DNA of 63,720 nt, filler included, from Thraustochytrium aureum (lineage: Eukaryota): the NCBI GenBank assembly GCA_012862495.1. It is 4 parts of 3 records of this genome, joined end to end, with 100 filler letters (N's around TTAATTAATTAA, not from the genome) between each part and the next. Parts side by side here need not be neighbours in the genome. Positions count along the whole stretch, not along the records: positions 27,925 to 59,847 come from BLSG01000403.1; 3 more parts are not named here. The stretch is one strand, 5' to 3'. Under the pieces are notes generated by a model. The model saw nothing but the letters and a program-made list of their open reading frames with translations. It did not search any database and had not been told where the DNA came from. Both the position numbers and the translations under genes were made by a program. Each line of letters starts with the position of its first letter. The stretch's first letter is position 1. Positions 30,255-42,188 of the stretch are shown one piece after another.

Positions 30255-32086
30255 ATGACGCTGCAGGCCATGCCGGCGGCGACCTGGACGGCGCGGCTTC
30301 GCGCCGAGCACCAAAAGTACCTGTGCTTCGGGCTGGTGATGCTGTAAGTGAGGGCGGGAGGGGAGGCGCGCTGCGAGGCGCCCAGGGGCGGCGGCGACTG
30401 ACTCCGGCCGGCGCAGCGCCTCGTCGGCGATGAACAACCTCTTCGTTACCTACTACCTCGACCTGTTCATGAACGTGGTCCGGCTCGACGCGACCTCGTT
30501 CTACATCGGGCAGGTCGTCTTCATGCTGTGGAACGCGCTCAACGACCCACTCTTCGGGTGGCTCTCTGACCACGTCGACCTCGCGTTCCTGACCAAGCGC
30601 CAGAACCGCCGCGATGACCCCGCGCGCGCCAACGTCCGCCGCCGCCTCGCAGTGATCCAGTTTGGCGGAGCGCTGTGGGCGGTTGCCTTTGTAGTCGTTT
30701 GGATCCCTCCGCTGACGACCAATTGGGTGTTCGCGTGCGCCCACTTCACGTTCGCCCTCTGCTTTTACGACGGGATGCTCACCCTCGTCGAGGTCAACCA
30801 CTCGGCGCTGCTAGCCGACATCAGCTCGAGCGGCTCGGAGCGCGCCAGGCTCAACGCTTACTCGGCGGTGTGCGCAGGGCTCGGCTCGCTATCCTCCTTC
30901 TTCGGCCACCTCTTCTACGACCGGTCCAGCGCGCACGCGCTCGGGGGTTTTCAGACCATGACCTTTGGCGTCGCCCTCGTTTGCGCAGCCACCTTTTTCG
31001 TTGCTTGCCAAGGCATTGAGGCAACTCTTGCGCGCAGCAACCCAGACCGACAAAGCCCAACCAGAGAGGCGGTATGCACCCCATGCGGGCCAGGTGCCAG
31101 CACGCAAGCGAACCCCTGGAGTGAGCAAGGCCTCAACAAAGCCGGGTCGGAATCGCCGCGCGAGTGCGAAGTGGTATCGCGAGGCCCTGGGGCGGCCAGG
31201 TCGACCTACGCTGCGAGCGGTGGCCAACCAACTGCAAAGGCCGACAAGAGCCGCGACGGGGGCGGCGTTCTCCAGTTTGTGCGCGAGCTCGCGGGGCACC
31301 GCAACTTCCTGCTCTTCCAGGGCCTCTACTTCGTGCAGGCCTTCGACTGCACGTTCGGGAAAAACCACTTTAGCATCTTCTTGGACGGACTTGCGGGGAG
31401 CGCGGTTTCGCCTCAGCTCAAGGGCATCATAATTACGGCATCCTTCATCCTCCCGTGGGTTGGGACGGTTTTTATGACGCCCCAGGTGCAGCGCTATGGC
31501 TTGTACGCTGTCGTTCGCGTCGTTCTGATCGCGCGCGTCACGTGGTGCGCGATCAGCCTCATGTTCGGCCCGGCGGTGCCAACGTTTGGGGCGGTCTTCC
31601 TTCTCAGCAATCGCGTTATGTCGGAGGCGGTCTGTCGAATCTGTCCTCTTATCATCACCGACCTGGTTGACGAGGACCGCTTCTTGCACAGAAGGAGCTC
31701 GAGGTACGTTTTCACCCCCAGCGATTTGCTCTGCCCTTGGCGAAGAGGCGAGATGCCGTTGTAGCGGTTGCTTGCGACTTGCGTGCTGACGGGCCGCCGT
31801 GTTGTGCGCGCGCAGCGTGAGTGCGACGATTGTTGGCGCGTCGACGCTTCTGGGCAAAGGGAGTCAGTCGTTAGCACCCATGTTTGGCTATTACCTGCTC
31901 AGCGGCGGCGCAGCTCCGTCTCTTGGCGCGGTCGGCGCCCGTTTTGACTGGCTGCTTCGCGTCCTCATTATGGTACCGCTCGCGTGCGTCGTGGTTCAGA
32001 CTGTGCTTTGGCGCACCTATTCCCTCCACGGCACCTACTTAAAGCGCGTCAAAGAGCGTCTCGTGCACGACAATGACTTTGTTTGA
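30255..32086 (+). CDS. MFSD13A: MFS transporter, MFSD13A/TMEM180 family; introns 30344-30416 and 31704-31815
   Basis: FMLWNALNDPLFGWLSD, YDGMLTLVEVNHSALLADI, ITDLVDED, GKGSQSLAP. Both GT-AG introns splice in phase. Confidence 0.88.
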
Positions 32087-33019
32087 GAGCCTTGCCACAA
32101 ACCAACGATGCCTCTTGGTCATATCGCCGTGGTCTCCTCAAATNNNNNNNNNNNNNNNNNNNNNNNNNNNNNNNNNNNNNNNNNNNNNNNNNNNNNNNNN
32201 NNNNNNNNNNNNNNNNNNNNNNNNNNNNNNNNNNNNNNNNNNNNNNNNNNNNNNNNNNNNNNNCAAGCTAACAACGGTGCACAAGTGCGCCGCCAGCCCA
32301 TCTGAGCCTGCCGGTGCAGTGATCGGGCACATCCAGCAAGTTACTGATTACTCCATGTGATTCTTGGGTTACTACAGGGAGTACACGGAAAGCGACGGGA
32401 GGCGCGACCTCGAATGGATGAACGAAAAGGGCAGCACCAACAGGGACGTCTGACGCGGAGGCGGGTCGCTGGAGAGCCCCCATGAAGGCCGGAAGCCAAA
32501 TGCGAATCAAAAGTTCCTCTAGCGAGAGATGACGCAAAGCCTTGACGCAAAACCTTGACTTATGACTGTCGGGCGGTGTTGATACGAGACGACGTCTGTG
32601 ACAAGTTATCTATCAGGCAAATCTTGGACTGGACATGCCAGGCAGTTCTCCGCAATCGATGGACCGTGCTCGCTTTTCAAGATCACAGCCTCGAGCCTTG
32701 CCCATACCCCCATTTCTCGTTCTAAAGGAAGCAGATTCTTATGCTGACTGCGGCTGTATAGGCAGCCGCACCGGGAGGCCTTCCTTCAATGACGGCGGCC
32801 CGGTTCAGCCCATCCTCGATGATCTCGGGCAATGTTGCGTCCACTTCTCACGTCTCCACTGTGTCAGTTTCTTTTTCTTGTGGTACAGCAACCGCGCCAG
32901 ACCTATTCTTCTTACCGCACGAGTCGAGAGCCTGAGCCCTCGAGCGCGGAGAGGCGCAGCCTCTCTTCGCTGAGCCGGCTGCTCAGGGCTCGCTCGGCAA
33001 GCACCGCTGTGCTGCGACC

Positions 33020-34294
33020 ATGGAGGCCGGTGCCGCGTCGCCTGGCGCGCGTGAGATGGAAAAACCCAGCGACGGAAACGAGACCTTGGTGCCGACCCTC
33101 GCGGACGCGGGCGAGGGGGCCCAAACCCTCCAAGCGCAGGAGGAAGAGCTACGTGCCCTGGAAGAGGGGAACCGAGCCCTCGAGCTTATGCTGGAGAAGA
33201 AGCTGAACCAACGGCGGGTGCTGCAGGAGCACGCCGCCCAGCACTACCATCGTTTTCACCAAAACCAGCAACACCAGCAGCACCTGGAAATGCAGCAGGC
33301 CCTGCAATTCCACCACTCGCTGCAGGCCCAAGCGCGTACACTGCTTCAACCTGTGCTTGTAGCCGGGCAGGCTGGCGAGCACCTGACGCAGCTACTTCCT
33401 CATGGCAGTCCTGACGCGATCATAGTCCCGCCAGGAAACCCAACACAGGCAGCTGCGGCTGCTGCTGTATCAAACCAGAAAGGAGGGCCTAGCCCACCAG
33501 CAAACGAGCCGACAATCGACAGCTCGCCACAAACAGCACCAACAGCAAACCGGGAAAAGACCAAGTCCAAGTTTCGCGGAGTGGCCTGGAATAAAGCGTG
33601 CCATGCCTGGCGCGCGCGCATCTGGGTAGACGGTCGCAGCGAGCACCTCGGCGTGTTTGATAGCGAAGAGGAGGCTGCGCGGGCTTTCGACAAGCGCGCT
33701 CGCGAGCTGCGCCGGGCGGATCTCAACTTCCCGAATGAAGCGACCACCCTGTCACCGTTTACGTCTCGCCACAGCGACGCTCGCGGGGAGGCGCATGTCC
33801 AAGGAGCTGCTCTTCGCGCAGCGGCAGCTTGTGCGGCGGCGGCTCCTGCTCCGGGCCTTGGCGCTCCTCGGGATGCAGACCCTGCCTGTCTTTGTCGCGA
33901 CGGGGACGGTGCTCGTGCTGCTGACGGGGCGTGCCCGATTGCGTTAGGCAAGAGGAAGGCCGCCACCGCCGGTGACTCAAGGAGCGCCAATTCTGACGGG
34001 CTCTCTGCCAGCAACGCAGCTGGAAATGGAGTTGGCTTGGCAGACTCGGCTCTTGAGAGCTCAGACCGCACCCCTCTCGACAGCGGGCTTTATCGCGTGT
34101 TCCAGGAGGATGCGTACCCCTCGAATACATGCCAAGCCGCGGACGCTGCGCGCCAAGAAAAGCGCGTGAGAGCAGAGCCTCGGCCGTTCTCGCCCAATCA
34201 TCTTGACGCGCGCGAAGACTCTGAACTACAGGAAGCGCACTTTCACGATGGCACAGCCCCCGCGCACTCGGATGCGTGGGGGTTCTCTAGCTAG
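33020..34294 (+). CDS. AP2/ERF-domain transcription factor with Gln/His-rich region
   Basis: SKFRGVAW...WRARI...HLGVFDSEEEAARAFD...LNFP. Confidence 0.92.
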   Translation: MEAGAASPGAREMEKPSDGNETLVPTLADAGEGAQTLQAQEEELRALEEGNRALELMLEKKLNQRRVLQEHAAQHYHRFHQNQQHQQHLEMQQALQFHHSLQAQARTLLQPVLVAGQAGEHLTQLLPHGSPDAIIVPPGNPTQAAAAAAVSNQKGGPSPPANEPTIDSSPQTAPTANREKTKSKFRGVAWNKACHAWRARIWVDGRSEHLGVFDSEEEAARAFDKRARELRRADLNFPNEATTLSPFTSRHSDARGEAHVQGAALRAAAACAAAAPAPGLGAPRDADPACLCRDGDGARAADGACPIALGKRKAATAGDSRSANSDGLSASNAAGNGVGLADSALESSDRTPLDSGLYRVFQEDAYPSNTCQAADAARQEKRVRAEPRPFSPNHLDAREDSELQEAHFHDGTAPAHSDAWGFSS

Positions 34295-34548
34295 AGTAGT
34301 TGCGAAGCAGGCACACTCGGGCGCCGCAGTTGTGTACGGCTGGCTCGAGCCGTTCTGCCGACGCTAGGGAGCGCCTTGCGGCGATAGCCACCGTCGCTCA
34401 AGGCAGGATTCGGGGTGGACGTCTTGGCCAGAGTTTTACTTTCTTATGCACCTCGAGTTTTAAATGACTTTGCATCGAGGCTTTCGCAAGTGTCGCTGGG
34501 TGAAAGTGAAGCGGAGTGCGAGGTTCGAGAACCGCTCCTTCTCTCAAG

Positions 34549-36330
34549 CTAGTGCACCACAGATGCGCGCACTGGAGGCAAGTGCTGCATCCCAAGCTTG
34601 GACGAAGGTGGCCTATTCTTCAGCGCATTCGTTGTCCGCTGCGACACGGAGAACCGGGGCGGCAAACTCGCTGCGCTCTTGCTCGAAGCCAGGCCAGAAG
34701 CAGCCCCGTCTCGCAGTAGCATACTCGACCGCGACAGAGGTACCCCTCGACCAAGAAAGGCCATCGATGTGGCGCGGGACAGCAAGGAATCTGGCGGCGA
34801 CCCTGGTACGAGCGTGAGCCGTTTCGATTCGAGCCGTTTCGCGTAGTCCGGGCCAAGCGCCGAGCGCTTCAAGTCGCGATATTGCTGCTGGAGTCGCGTC
34901 TCGCGGTCGTACTTCTCCATGATGTCCTCGTCGCTCGTAAAGAGTGCTTGGTGCGCGGCCTTCATCTGCTCGAGCATTCGCGGGGTGAACATGTTTGCCG
35001 AGTCTTTCTTGGACAAGACGAGGACCTCCGTGACCCCGCGAGCGACTACCGTGGTGCGCCGGCGTGCGAAGCCAATTAGCGCTTCCTCGCCAAAATAGTC
35101 GCCCGGCCCGAGGGTGGCGAGGTGCACCGACCGAACGACTTTAGTCTCCCGGCACTCGTGCTCTAGCCGCCGGCGTTGTCGTTGCGATCCGCGGGGCGTG
35201 ACAAAGAGTTCAGGCTCCGCGGTGACTGGCCAGCGATTGGTCTTTGTTTTGAACACCTCGCGTTGCACCTCGCATGCGCCAACAAAGAGGATAAAAAAGT
35301 CGTCTGCCGGGTCGCCGCTCTTTTGAACAACCTGGCCAGGGTCAAACTTTCGAAGCTTTAGGAGCGGCGCGACCTGGTTCACGCGGTGCTTGCTCCACTT
35401 GGCAAAAAGGCGAACTGTCGTCGACAAAAACTTGCTCATGTGGTGATGCCGACTCTGAAAAAAGAGCTTGCAAGTTGCGCGATAGTCTTGCGCTCCGAGC
35501 TCGAGCAGGTAGACCAAGTTGGGGTTCTCCTCGAAGAACGAGTGGATCCTTTGCGCCGACGCGCGTCCTTGGGGGCTTCCCAATAGCGCCGTGGAGCTGT
35601 ACAGGCTTTGAAGCGTTCCGCGTCGCGGCTGCGCCCCGCTAGTGCTAGAGGCAAGCTGGGAAGGGCTGCACGGCTGCTGTGACTGGCTGGATCCCTGAGG
35701 AGTCGCTGCGGAGGGGCCCTCGGCTGCCGCTCCAACAAGATGTACAGAATCGAGGCTCCCAGAGAGCGCGCGCTCGCCGAAGCACTGTCCGGGGCCAACG
35801 ATGTTGCAAGTTGTACCGTCGCTTCCAGTCAGCTCAACGCGCCCGTGCACCACAATGTAGAACATTTGGGCCGGGTCCCCAGCAGCGCAAATCCGAGACC
35901 CGGCCGAGTACCGACCGAGCCGAATCGACTTGGTTAGCGTCCGACAGAGTTCAGGTGGAAGGTTTTCCAGGTCGGGGCATCGCATCATCAAGCTCACGGT
36001 CTTGTCGATGTCAAACGATGTTCTTTGCTTGAGGTCTTTCGACATGGCGAATGCGACGAGGGAAAACTCGTCGAGGCTTTGTTCTGCGAATCGTGGGAAG
36101 ACGTACTGAAAGTCTGGTCTCTCCGTGAGCCAATCAGGAAAGACGTTGGTGTCGAGAATTTTGCCGTTCAAATCGACGAGCTCCTGCCGCGCAAGCTCCT
36201 CAAACTCTTCGGGGCTGAGACTTGCCTCGAGGACGCGCAAGCTCTCATTCACCATTGACTTTTGCTCCGAAACCTCGCGACGCACCACCTCAGCGGGCAC
36301 CACCTGGCTGCACTCATCGCGGCTCGCCAT
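34549..36330 (-). CDS. Protein with two cyclic-nucleotide-binding domains
   Basis: AGDPAQMFYIVVHGRV...GQCFGERAL and SGDPADDFFILFVG...GDYFGEEAL..RRTTVVA. Confidence 0.85.
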   Translation of the reverse strand: MASRDECSQVVPAEVVRREVSEQKSMVNESLRVLEASLSPEEFEELARQELVDLNGKILDTNVFPDWLTERPDFQYVFPRFAEQSLDEFSLVAFAMSKDLKQRTSFDIDKTVSLMMRCPDLENLPPELCRTLTKSIRLGRYSAGSRICAAGDPAQMFYIVVHGRVELTGSDGTTCNIVGPGQCFGERALSGSLDSVHLVGAAAEGPSAATPQGSSQSQQPCSPSQLASSTSGAQPRRGTLQSLYSSTALLGSPQGRASAQRIHSFFEENPNLVYLLELGAQDYRATCKLFFQSRHHHMSKFLSTTVRLFAKWSKHRVNQVAPLLKLRKFDPGQVVQKSGDPADDFFILFVGACEVQREVFKTKTNRWPVTAEPELFVTPRGSQRQRRRLEHECRETKVVRSVHLATLGPGDYFGEEALIGFARRRTTVVARGVTEVLVLSKKDSANMFTPRMLEQMKAAHQALFTSDEDIMEKYDRETRLQQQYRDLKRSALGPDYAKRLESKRLTLVPGSPPDSLLSRATSMAFLGRGVPLSRSSMLLRDGAASGLASSKSAASLPPRFSVSQRTTNALKNRPPSSKLGMQHLPPVRASVVH

Positions 36331-36974
36331 GACGTCGCCAGTTTGGTTGCCAAGCCTCGGAGCACCAGCCCTGTGGTGTCACTGGCTTGCTCTTGAAGAC
36401 CTGTGATCCCACAAACCTGCGGAGCACAGCAGCTGACGAAGACGACGCCGGCACAAACCCTCCTTGATGGCCCAGCCCGGCGGCGGTTGCGCACACGAGC
36501 GCGGCCTGATTTGCCTGTTGCCTCTGCCGCCCCTCCCCTCCCCCTCCTAAGACCCGCCCGGTCGATCGGCTTTGAGCCGCTCGGGTCTGGTCGCGCCTTG
36601 CGCTGCTCGCGCTGCCTGCACCTCGTGCAACTCCAAGTGCCACTCGCGCTGCTGGTTCAGTTGCTGGTGGTGCTGGTGGTTGCGATGGGCTCTCCTGGCG
36701 CTGCTAGTGACGGCGCCGGAGCTACTGCCGCCAGCGCGTGGGCGTCTGCGCGGCCGTCAGGCGCGGAGATCCAACAACAACCCCAAAAACGATGGACGAC
36801 CTATCCGTTACGCCAAAGTATGTGGGTCGGACGAACAACTTGCACGCCCAGTTCAGTCACGCGGCCTGATGCGCGGAGCTTGATCGAGGCTGGCAGCGAC
36901 TCGTCACAGTCGTCACAGGTATTTGGTGAATTTTGGTCCTACAAAAGGCGAAAGGCTTTTCTACGCTACACGAG

Positions 36975-38018
36975 CTATGCCACCACGTTGACGATGAGGC
37001 CAATGATCCCCAGCAGGAAGATGAAGCACATGCAGTTGATACAAAACCTCTCGGCGCCGCCAGACTCGTCCAGGCTCTTCTTCATGGTCATGTTGACGGT
37101 ATTAATCTTGTCCTGCGTTTTCTCGATGTTCTCCTCAAGTTTGTCCAGCATGGCGTTCTGCAGCTCTGCCTCGTCGTGAATCGCGTTTGCTTTCTGGCCC
37201 GCCATTTCCACTGCGAGGCCGATCTGGTCTAGAATAAGGTCAAATTCGGCGTCGCGCGACTTGATCGTCTGGAGCCTCTCCTGCTCCATGCCGGTCAGCT
37301 CGACCTCGACTGGGCTTGTCGTTCCCGTTCCGCCAAAACCCGAAGCCGACACGCCGTTGCTCTTGGCTTCTGGGAGGCTCTTGAAGAAGCTGGCAGCGTC
37401 GAGGCCGGCGCCGCGGCCGGAGCCGCCGAGTTCTAGGTCCGGGCTTTCTCCTGAACTTGCGTTGCCCATGCTGAATGACTTGCTCGAGAGCCGCTTGAGG
37501 GCCTCGAGGTCGCTCTTAAACTGCTGCAAGAATTGGGCGCGCATCTCGAGCTCTTCGGGCGGCACCTTGCTCTTGCGCTTCCGCGTCTCCTTGCTGTACA
37601 GCGTTCCATTTCTTGGAAGAGCGTGGAGAGGTCTTTGAGCTTGCCACGGACTTGTTGCGCCCGCGCAATCTGGTCGCGCGTGCGAGTCATCGTCTGGTTG
37701 CCTTTCATGTCTTTCAGGCTCTGCGGGCGAGGCGGCATCCTGCCTTGTCAGGAACTGGGCAACGCGGGCGCTTTGCAGGGGAGCACCGCTATCTGGCACC
37801 AGCTGCCGCAAACTTACGTCTTTAACCTCCGTCATGCCCTGCAAGAACTCGGACTTGGCCTCCACCAAGCGGTCCACGCGCGCTTTGTTCCGCTTCGGGC
37901 CGCCGTTCGCCTCCTGGTCTTGCGGCATTTCCTTTTCGATGGCGCGCAGGCGCACAAGCAGGTCCTCAATCTCCACGGCGCGCTTGGTCATCTTGCTGGC
38001 CCCGCCGCGGCGCTCCAT
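36975..38018 (-). CDS. Syntaxin-like Qc-SNARE (SYP7-type); intron 37721-37817, probable frameshift at about 37604
   Basis: SNARE motif DLILDQIGLAV...EAELQNAMLDKLEENIEK and a C-terminal transmembrane segment. GTAAGT..CTGAC..CAG intron. Confidence 0.85.
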   Translation of the reverse strand: MERRGGASKMTKRAVEIEDLLVRLRAIEKEMPQDQEANGGPKRNKARVDRLVEAKSEFLQGMTEVKDVSLRQLVPDSGAPLQSARVAQFLTRQDAASPAEPERHERQPDDDSHARPDCAGATSPWQAQRPLHALPRNGTLYSKETRKRKSKVPPEELEMRAQFLQQFKSDLEALKRLSSKSFSMGNASSGESPDLELGGSGRGAGLDAASFFKSLPEAKSNGVSASGFGGTGTTSPVEVELTGMEQERLQTIKSRDAEFDLILDQIGLAVEMAGQKANAIHDEAELQNAMLDKLEENIEKTQDKINTVNMTMKKSLDESGGAERFCINCMCFIFLLGIIGLIVNVVA

Positions 38019-38404
38019 CGCGCGCCGCGCTGGCCCGTGCTGCGGGCTGCTCGGCGGCTGGCAGCGTGGGCTGGTGCCTGGCTAGGTGGCTGGTTGCTGG
38101 GGCTGCTGCCTGGCCGGCCGGAGGGCGGAGCTGCTGCTGCCCGGCTCCAGTAGCTCTCTAGCTAGAGAGCTAACTGTCCAGAGAGAGTACCCCTGGAGCG
38201 CGTGCTGCTGGCGGGCGCTCTGTTCGCGAGGCAGGCAGCGCTCGTCAGCGAGTCCAGCATGCCACCGTTGAGGAATTCAAGTGGCCTTCGCGCTCATCCA
38301 TGTGACTCCTGGCGGGAGTATTCTCTTGATCTCTTGATTCCAGCCCAGCCAGCCAGCTCGCCGCACAGCCAGAGACCGGGCCTGAACAGATCCCCAAGGA
38401 AGGA

Positions 38405-38780
38405 GGCAGCCACGCAGGCAGCCACGCANNNNNNNNNNNNNNNNNNNNNNNNNNNNNNNNNNNNNNNNNNNNNNNNNNNNNNNNNNNNNNNNNNNNNNNN
38501 NNNNNNNNNNNNNNNNNNNNNNNNNNNNNNNNNNNNNNNNNNNNNNNNNNNNNNNNNNNNNNNNNNNNNNNNNNNNNNNNNNNNNNNNNNNNNNNNNNNN
38601 NNNNNNNNNNNNNNNNNNNNNNNNNNNNNNNNNNNNNNNNNNNNNNNNNNNNNNNNNNNGCCACGCAGCCACGCAGCCACGCAGGCAGCCACGCAGCCAC
38701 GCAGGCAGCCACGCAGGCAGGCAGGCAGCCGGGCAGGCAGCCACGCAGGCACGCAGGCAGCCGGGCAGGCAGGCAGCCGA
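38405..38780. repeat. GCAGCCAC/GCAG microsatellite spanning a gap, upstream of GPN1
   Basis: GCAGGCAGCCAC units occur on both sides of the N run. Confidence 0.85.
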
Positions 38781-38829
38781 GCCAAAGCCAAACTTCGCGG
38801 CGCTCTGTCCTGGCGCGGACTTGGCGACG

Positions 38830-39882
38830 ATGGCGCTCGAGGGAGCGGCCGAACTGGGCCTGGACGCACCGCCTGTGCTCGAGGTGGGCGCGCAGCGTGC
38901 AACGCCGGCGATCATCGTGATTGGGATGGCAGGCTCGGGAAAGAGCACGTTTGTGCAAAGACTCAACGCGCACATGCACGAAAAACAGTGGCCCGCCTAC
39001 TTGATGAATCTGGATCCGGCGGTAGCTGAAACCCCCTTTGGATGCAACATCGATATCCGCGACAGCGTCAAGTACAAGGAGGTAATGAAGCAGTACGGAC
39101 TCGGGCCAAACGGCGGCATCATGACCAGCCTCAACCTGTTTGCAACCAAATTCGATCAAGTCATGGAGCTGGTGGAAAAGCGGCTGCACGAATTAAAGTA
39201 CGTCGTTGTGGACACCCCGGGCCAGATCGAGGTGTTCACATGGTCAGCCTCCGGCTCGATCATCACAGAGTCGCTAGCCGCAACGACCCCAACTGTCCTG
39301 GCGTACGTCGTCGACACACCACGGACGACGAGCCCGGTGACCTTCATGTCCAACATGCTCTACGCATGCAGTATCATGTACAAGACCAAGCTGCCCATCG
39401 TAATTGTTTTCAACAAGACCGACGTGGTCTCGCACGAGTTCGCGCAGGAGTGGATGAACGACTTTGAGGCATTCCAAGACGCTCTACGCCAGAGCAGCGA
39501 GCAGAACGGCGAGTCCTACATCGAGGATTTAACGCGCAGCATGAGCCTCGTCTTGGACGAGTTTTACTCTGGAATTCGCAGTGTCGGGGTCAGCGCAGCG
39601 ATGGGGACCGGCATGGACGAGTTCTTTCAGGCGGTGGACGAGGCCTGCTCTGAGTATGAAGAAACCTACAAGCCCGAGATGGAGCGCCGCAAGGCAGGCG
39701 CCAAGCGAGCTGAAGAAGAGCGCCGCCGCGTGGCTATGGCGCGGCTCCAGAAGGACCTGAAGCTTGGCCAGAGCATGAAGACCTCGCACGTCGATGCCAA
39801 CACATCGGTGGGAGCGGCAACTGCAGGGGCGGTGCCGTCCCCGGCCACTGTCCAAGCCCCCAACGCCCCGACGAGCGAGTAG
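38830..39882 (+). CDS. GPN1: GPN-loop GTPase 1 (XAB1/Npa3)
   Basis: [50 protein letters not shown]. Confidence 0.96.
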   Translation: MALEGAAELGLDAPPVLEVGAQRATPAIIVIGMAGSGKSTFVQRLNAHMHEKQWPAYLMNLDPAVAETPFGCNIDIRDSVKYKEVMKQYGLGPNGGIMTSLNLFATKFDQVMELVEKRLHELKYVVVDTPGQIEVFTWSASGSIITESLAATTPTVLAYVVDTPRTTSPVTFMSNMLYACSIMYKTKLPIVIVFNKTDVVSHEFAQEWMNDFEAFQDALRQSSEQNGESYIEDLTRSMSLVLDEFYSGIRSVGVSAAMGTGMDEFFQAVDEACSEYEETYKPEMERRKAGAKRAEEERRRVAMARLQKDLKLGQSMKTSHVDANTSVGAATAGAVPSPATVQAPNAPTSE

Positions 39883-40260
39883 CTCGTTGGGCCTGTGCTC
39901 GCTCTTCTTCTTCGTATCGGGCCCGTGCTCTTCTTCTTCGTAAACTCTTCCTGCAGTGGTGCTGGCCGTTTTCACCTTTTTTTCTAACAAAAAACCAATC
40001 AATCAAGACGGCAACATTTCCGCCTTCGCCATTGTCTTCCTGGACGATGGGCCAAGTCTGGGTCGCCTCCAACGTGCAGCCCCAGTGGCGCAGCGAGACG
40101 GCCAACGTCGTGCCATTTCGTTCAACTCATGGAGGGCGCGCCCGCGAGCTCTTTCAGCGCAGCGTAGTAGCGCACCACCCTCACGGAGTGCATCTCGACG
40201 GCCAAACCAGCCGCGACACTTTAGGATTGCTGCGCCACTGCAACGGCGGACCTGCCAGAA

Positions 40261-41187
40261 TCACGCGAATGAAGCAATGAAGCAGGTGTAGCTGTCCACG
40301 TTCAGCGTTGCGTGCATCCACTCACTCGGAAAGTAAATCACGTCCCCCGGCTCCAAAACGCACTCGTGCGTTGGCGGCTCGTCCAACGAGGGATACACTG
40401 TCGAGACCCAAGCAAGAACAGTCCCGTTCGGGTCGTACTGGGGCTTTGCACCGGGCGGATACAGGAACCATCGCTTGCGGCCATGGAGCATCTGAAGAAA
40501 TCCAGGGCCATGAAAATGGAACGGCACTCCCGTTCCTCGCCCCGCGACACCAAAACTCAGCGACACGCCCTGGCTTTGAAGGCCAGCGAGGCGAACAGGG
40601 TCGCACGCTTCCTCAACTGTGGTCGCCCCTGAAGCCAGCGATTCGCTTGGGTAGACCGAGGCGGGCGAGACATACGACTCGAGGAAAGACGCCCAGGCAG
40701 GTCCGTACTGGCTCCCAAATAGGTAGTACGTCTCGTTCCCATGCTTGTCGCGGGCCTGCGGGCCGAGCGTAGCGTCGAGGTACTCGGCCAAGCTCATCTC
40801 GGTCCACTCGCGCCCCGTGAACGCATTTGCAGTCGAGAGCCGAACAGGCAGCGCCCCGTGCCGTCTCCGTAGCGTGCCATCCGCGGCCTCAGCGGCGAAG
40901 GCCGTGTTCCTCAGCGCTTCGCTTGTGCCGCCGTGGCCTTGAAGGATCACCGGTTGTTTGCCGAGGTACTCGCGCACAAAACGCTCGCACGAGAGCTCTC
41001 TCTCGCGAGCGATCGTGCACGGCCCGAGCAGCGCGTCCTCCTCGTTGCGGGGCGTGGGCAGCGAGACTGTTGGCCGATAACTCAACAGCGACTGGGCGAG
41101 ACTCGCCAGCACGGCGCCAACGAAGACCACGATGGCAGCGGCGCCGGCGCTCTTGCCGTGTCGCCCGGCGTACTCGTCCGTCCTCAT
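40261..41187 (-). CDS. JMJD8: JmjC protein, JMJD8-like, with N-terminal signal/anchor
   Basis: VRLSTAN, SFGVAGRGTGVPFHFHGPG...GRKRWFLYPP, YFPSEWMHATLN. Confidence 0.88.
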   Translation of the reverse strand: MRTDEYAGRHGKSAGAAAIVVFVGAVLASLAQSLLSYRPTVSLPTPRNEEDALLGPCTIARERELSCERFVREYLGKQPVILQGHGGTSEALRNTAFAAEAADGTLRRRHGALPVRLSTANAFTGREWTEMSLAEYLDATLGPQARDKHGNETYYLFGSQYGPAWASFLESYVSPASVYPSESLASGATTVEEACDPVRLAGLQSQGVSLSFGVAGRGTGVPFHFHGPGFLQMLHGRKRWFLYPPGAKPQYDPNGTVLAWVSTVYPSLDEPPTHECVLEPGDVIYFPSEWMHATLNVDSYTCFIASFA

Positions 41188-41456
41188 CCTCGGGCGTGGG
41201 CCGCTCCGACTGGACTGCGCCGCACCCTGATGACTGGCAACTCGAGTCGCAAGGCCAATCATGACATGCGGAGTGCGAGAGTGCTCGAACCTCGTCAAGA
41301 CGCGATCAAGCAGCACCTGAACACATCGCTGGCCGCTCGGGTGCACTCTGCGCTCGGACACGCAAGAACAATACAGATTGGAATACGTCATGGTGGTACC
41401 GTGTGGTGAAACTTTTGCCCGCGCGAGTAGGCTGTGCGGAGTGCACGCTGCGCGAT

Positions 41457-41538
41457 GCGTCAATGCCCGAGTGGTCTAAGGGGGCTGACTTAAGATCAGC
41501 TGTCGCAAGACTCGTGGGTTCGAACCCCTCTTGACGCA
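41457..41538 (+). tRNA. trnL-UAA: tRNA-Leu(UAA)
   Basis: Acceptor stem GCGTCAA/TTGACGC+A, anticodon arm GCTGA-CT TAA GA-TCAGC, long variable arm, GGTTCGAAC T-loop. Confidence 0.95.
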
Positions 41539-41549
41539 ACTCCAAAACC

Positions 41550-41567
41550 TTTTTTTACCCTTTTTTT
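41550..41567 (+). terminator. Pol III oligo-T terminator
   Basis: Two T7 runs starting 12 nt after the tRNA. Confidence 0.75.
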
Positions 41568-42188
41568 CCATCAATTTCGGCGCGATGGTGTCCACGTACC
41601 GGTACCTCGACGCATGGCGTCCTTCCGGGCACGTACGGTTTGGAGTCTTTGGACCTCGAGGCCCCCCTTGCTCTCTCAATCTTGGAAAGCAACTCACTTT
41701 TGATTGATTGAACAGCACGCAAGCTGCCGGATCCGGCATGATGTTGGCCAGTGCATCATTCGGCAAGCTCTCGGTCTCGGAGTGCTTGCCTTCCCCGCAG
41801 CAAAACCGTCGCCAGCAACCATCGCGCTGCATCGTGACTCGCGCGGCGCGTCGTGCCTCGAGCAGAGGTCTGTGAATTGCCCGAGCTCCAAGAGCAGCAA
41901 GAACTGACCGCACGCGGGGAAAATTTGAAAAAGGCAGGCAGACCCAAACAGAACAGCCAGCCAGCCTGACAACTGCGCTGGTCCGTGCGCTGCTCGCTGC
42001 TCACACGCTCCGAGCCGACAGCGCCTAGGACGCCAAGGGGCCCGCCCTGCCCTCCTCCCCCGGGCTGCAGACGAGCTGGTGGGCGCGCTTGAGGGCCGGC
42101 GCGAAGGCGAGCAGTGGGAGGCGGTTCCGAGAGATTCGCGCCTGCGGAGCGCTCCCAGCCAGGCCGCGCTGGATGGCACGCGGACGGG

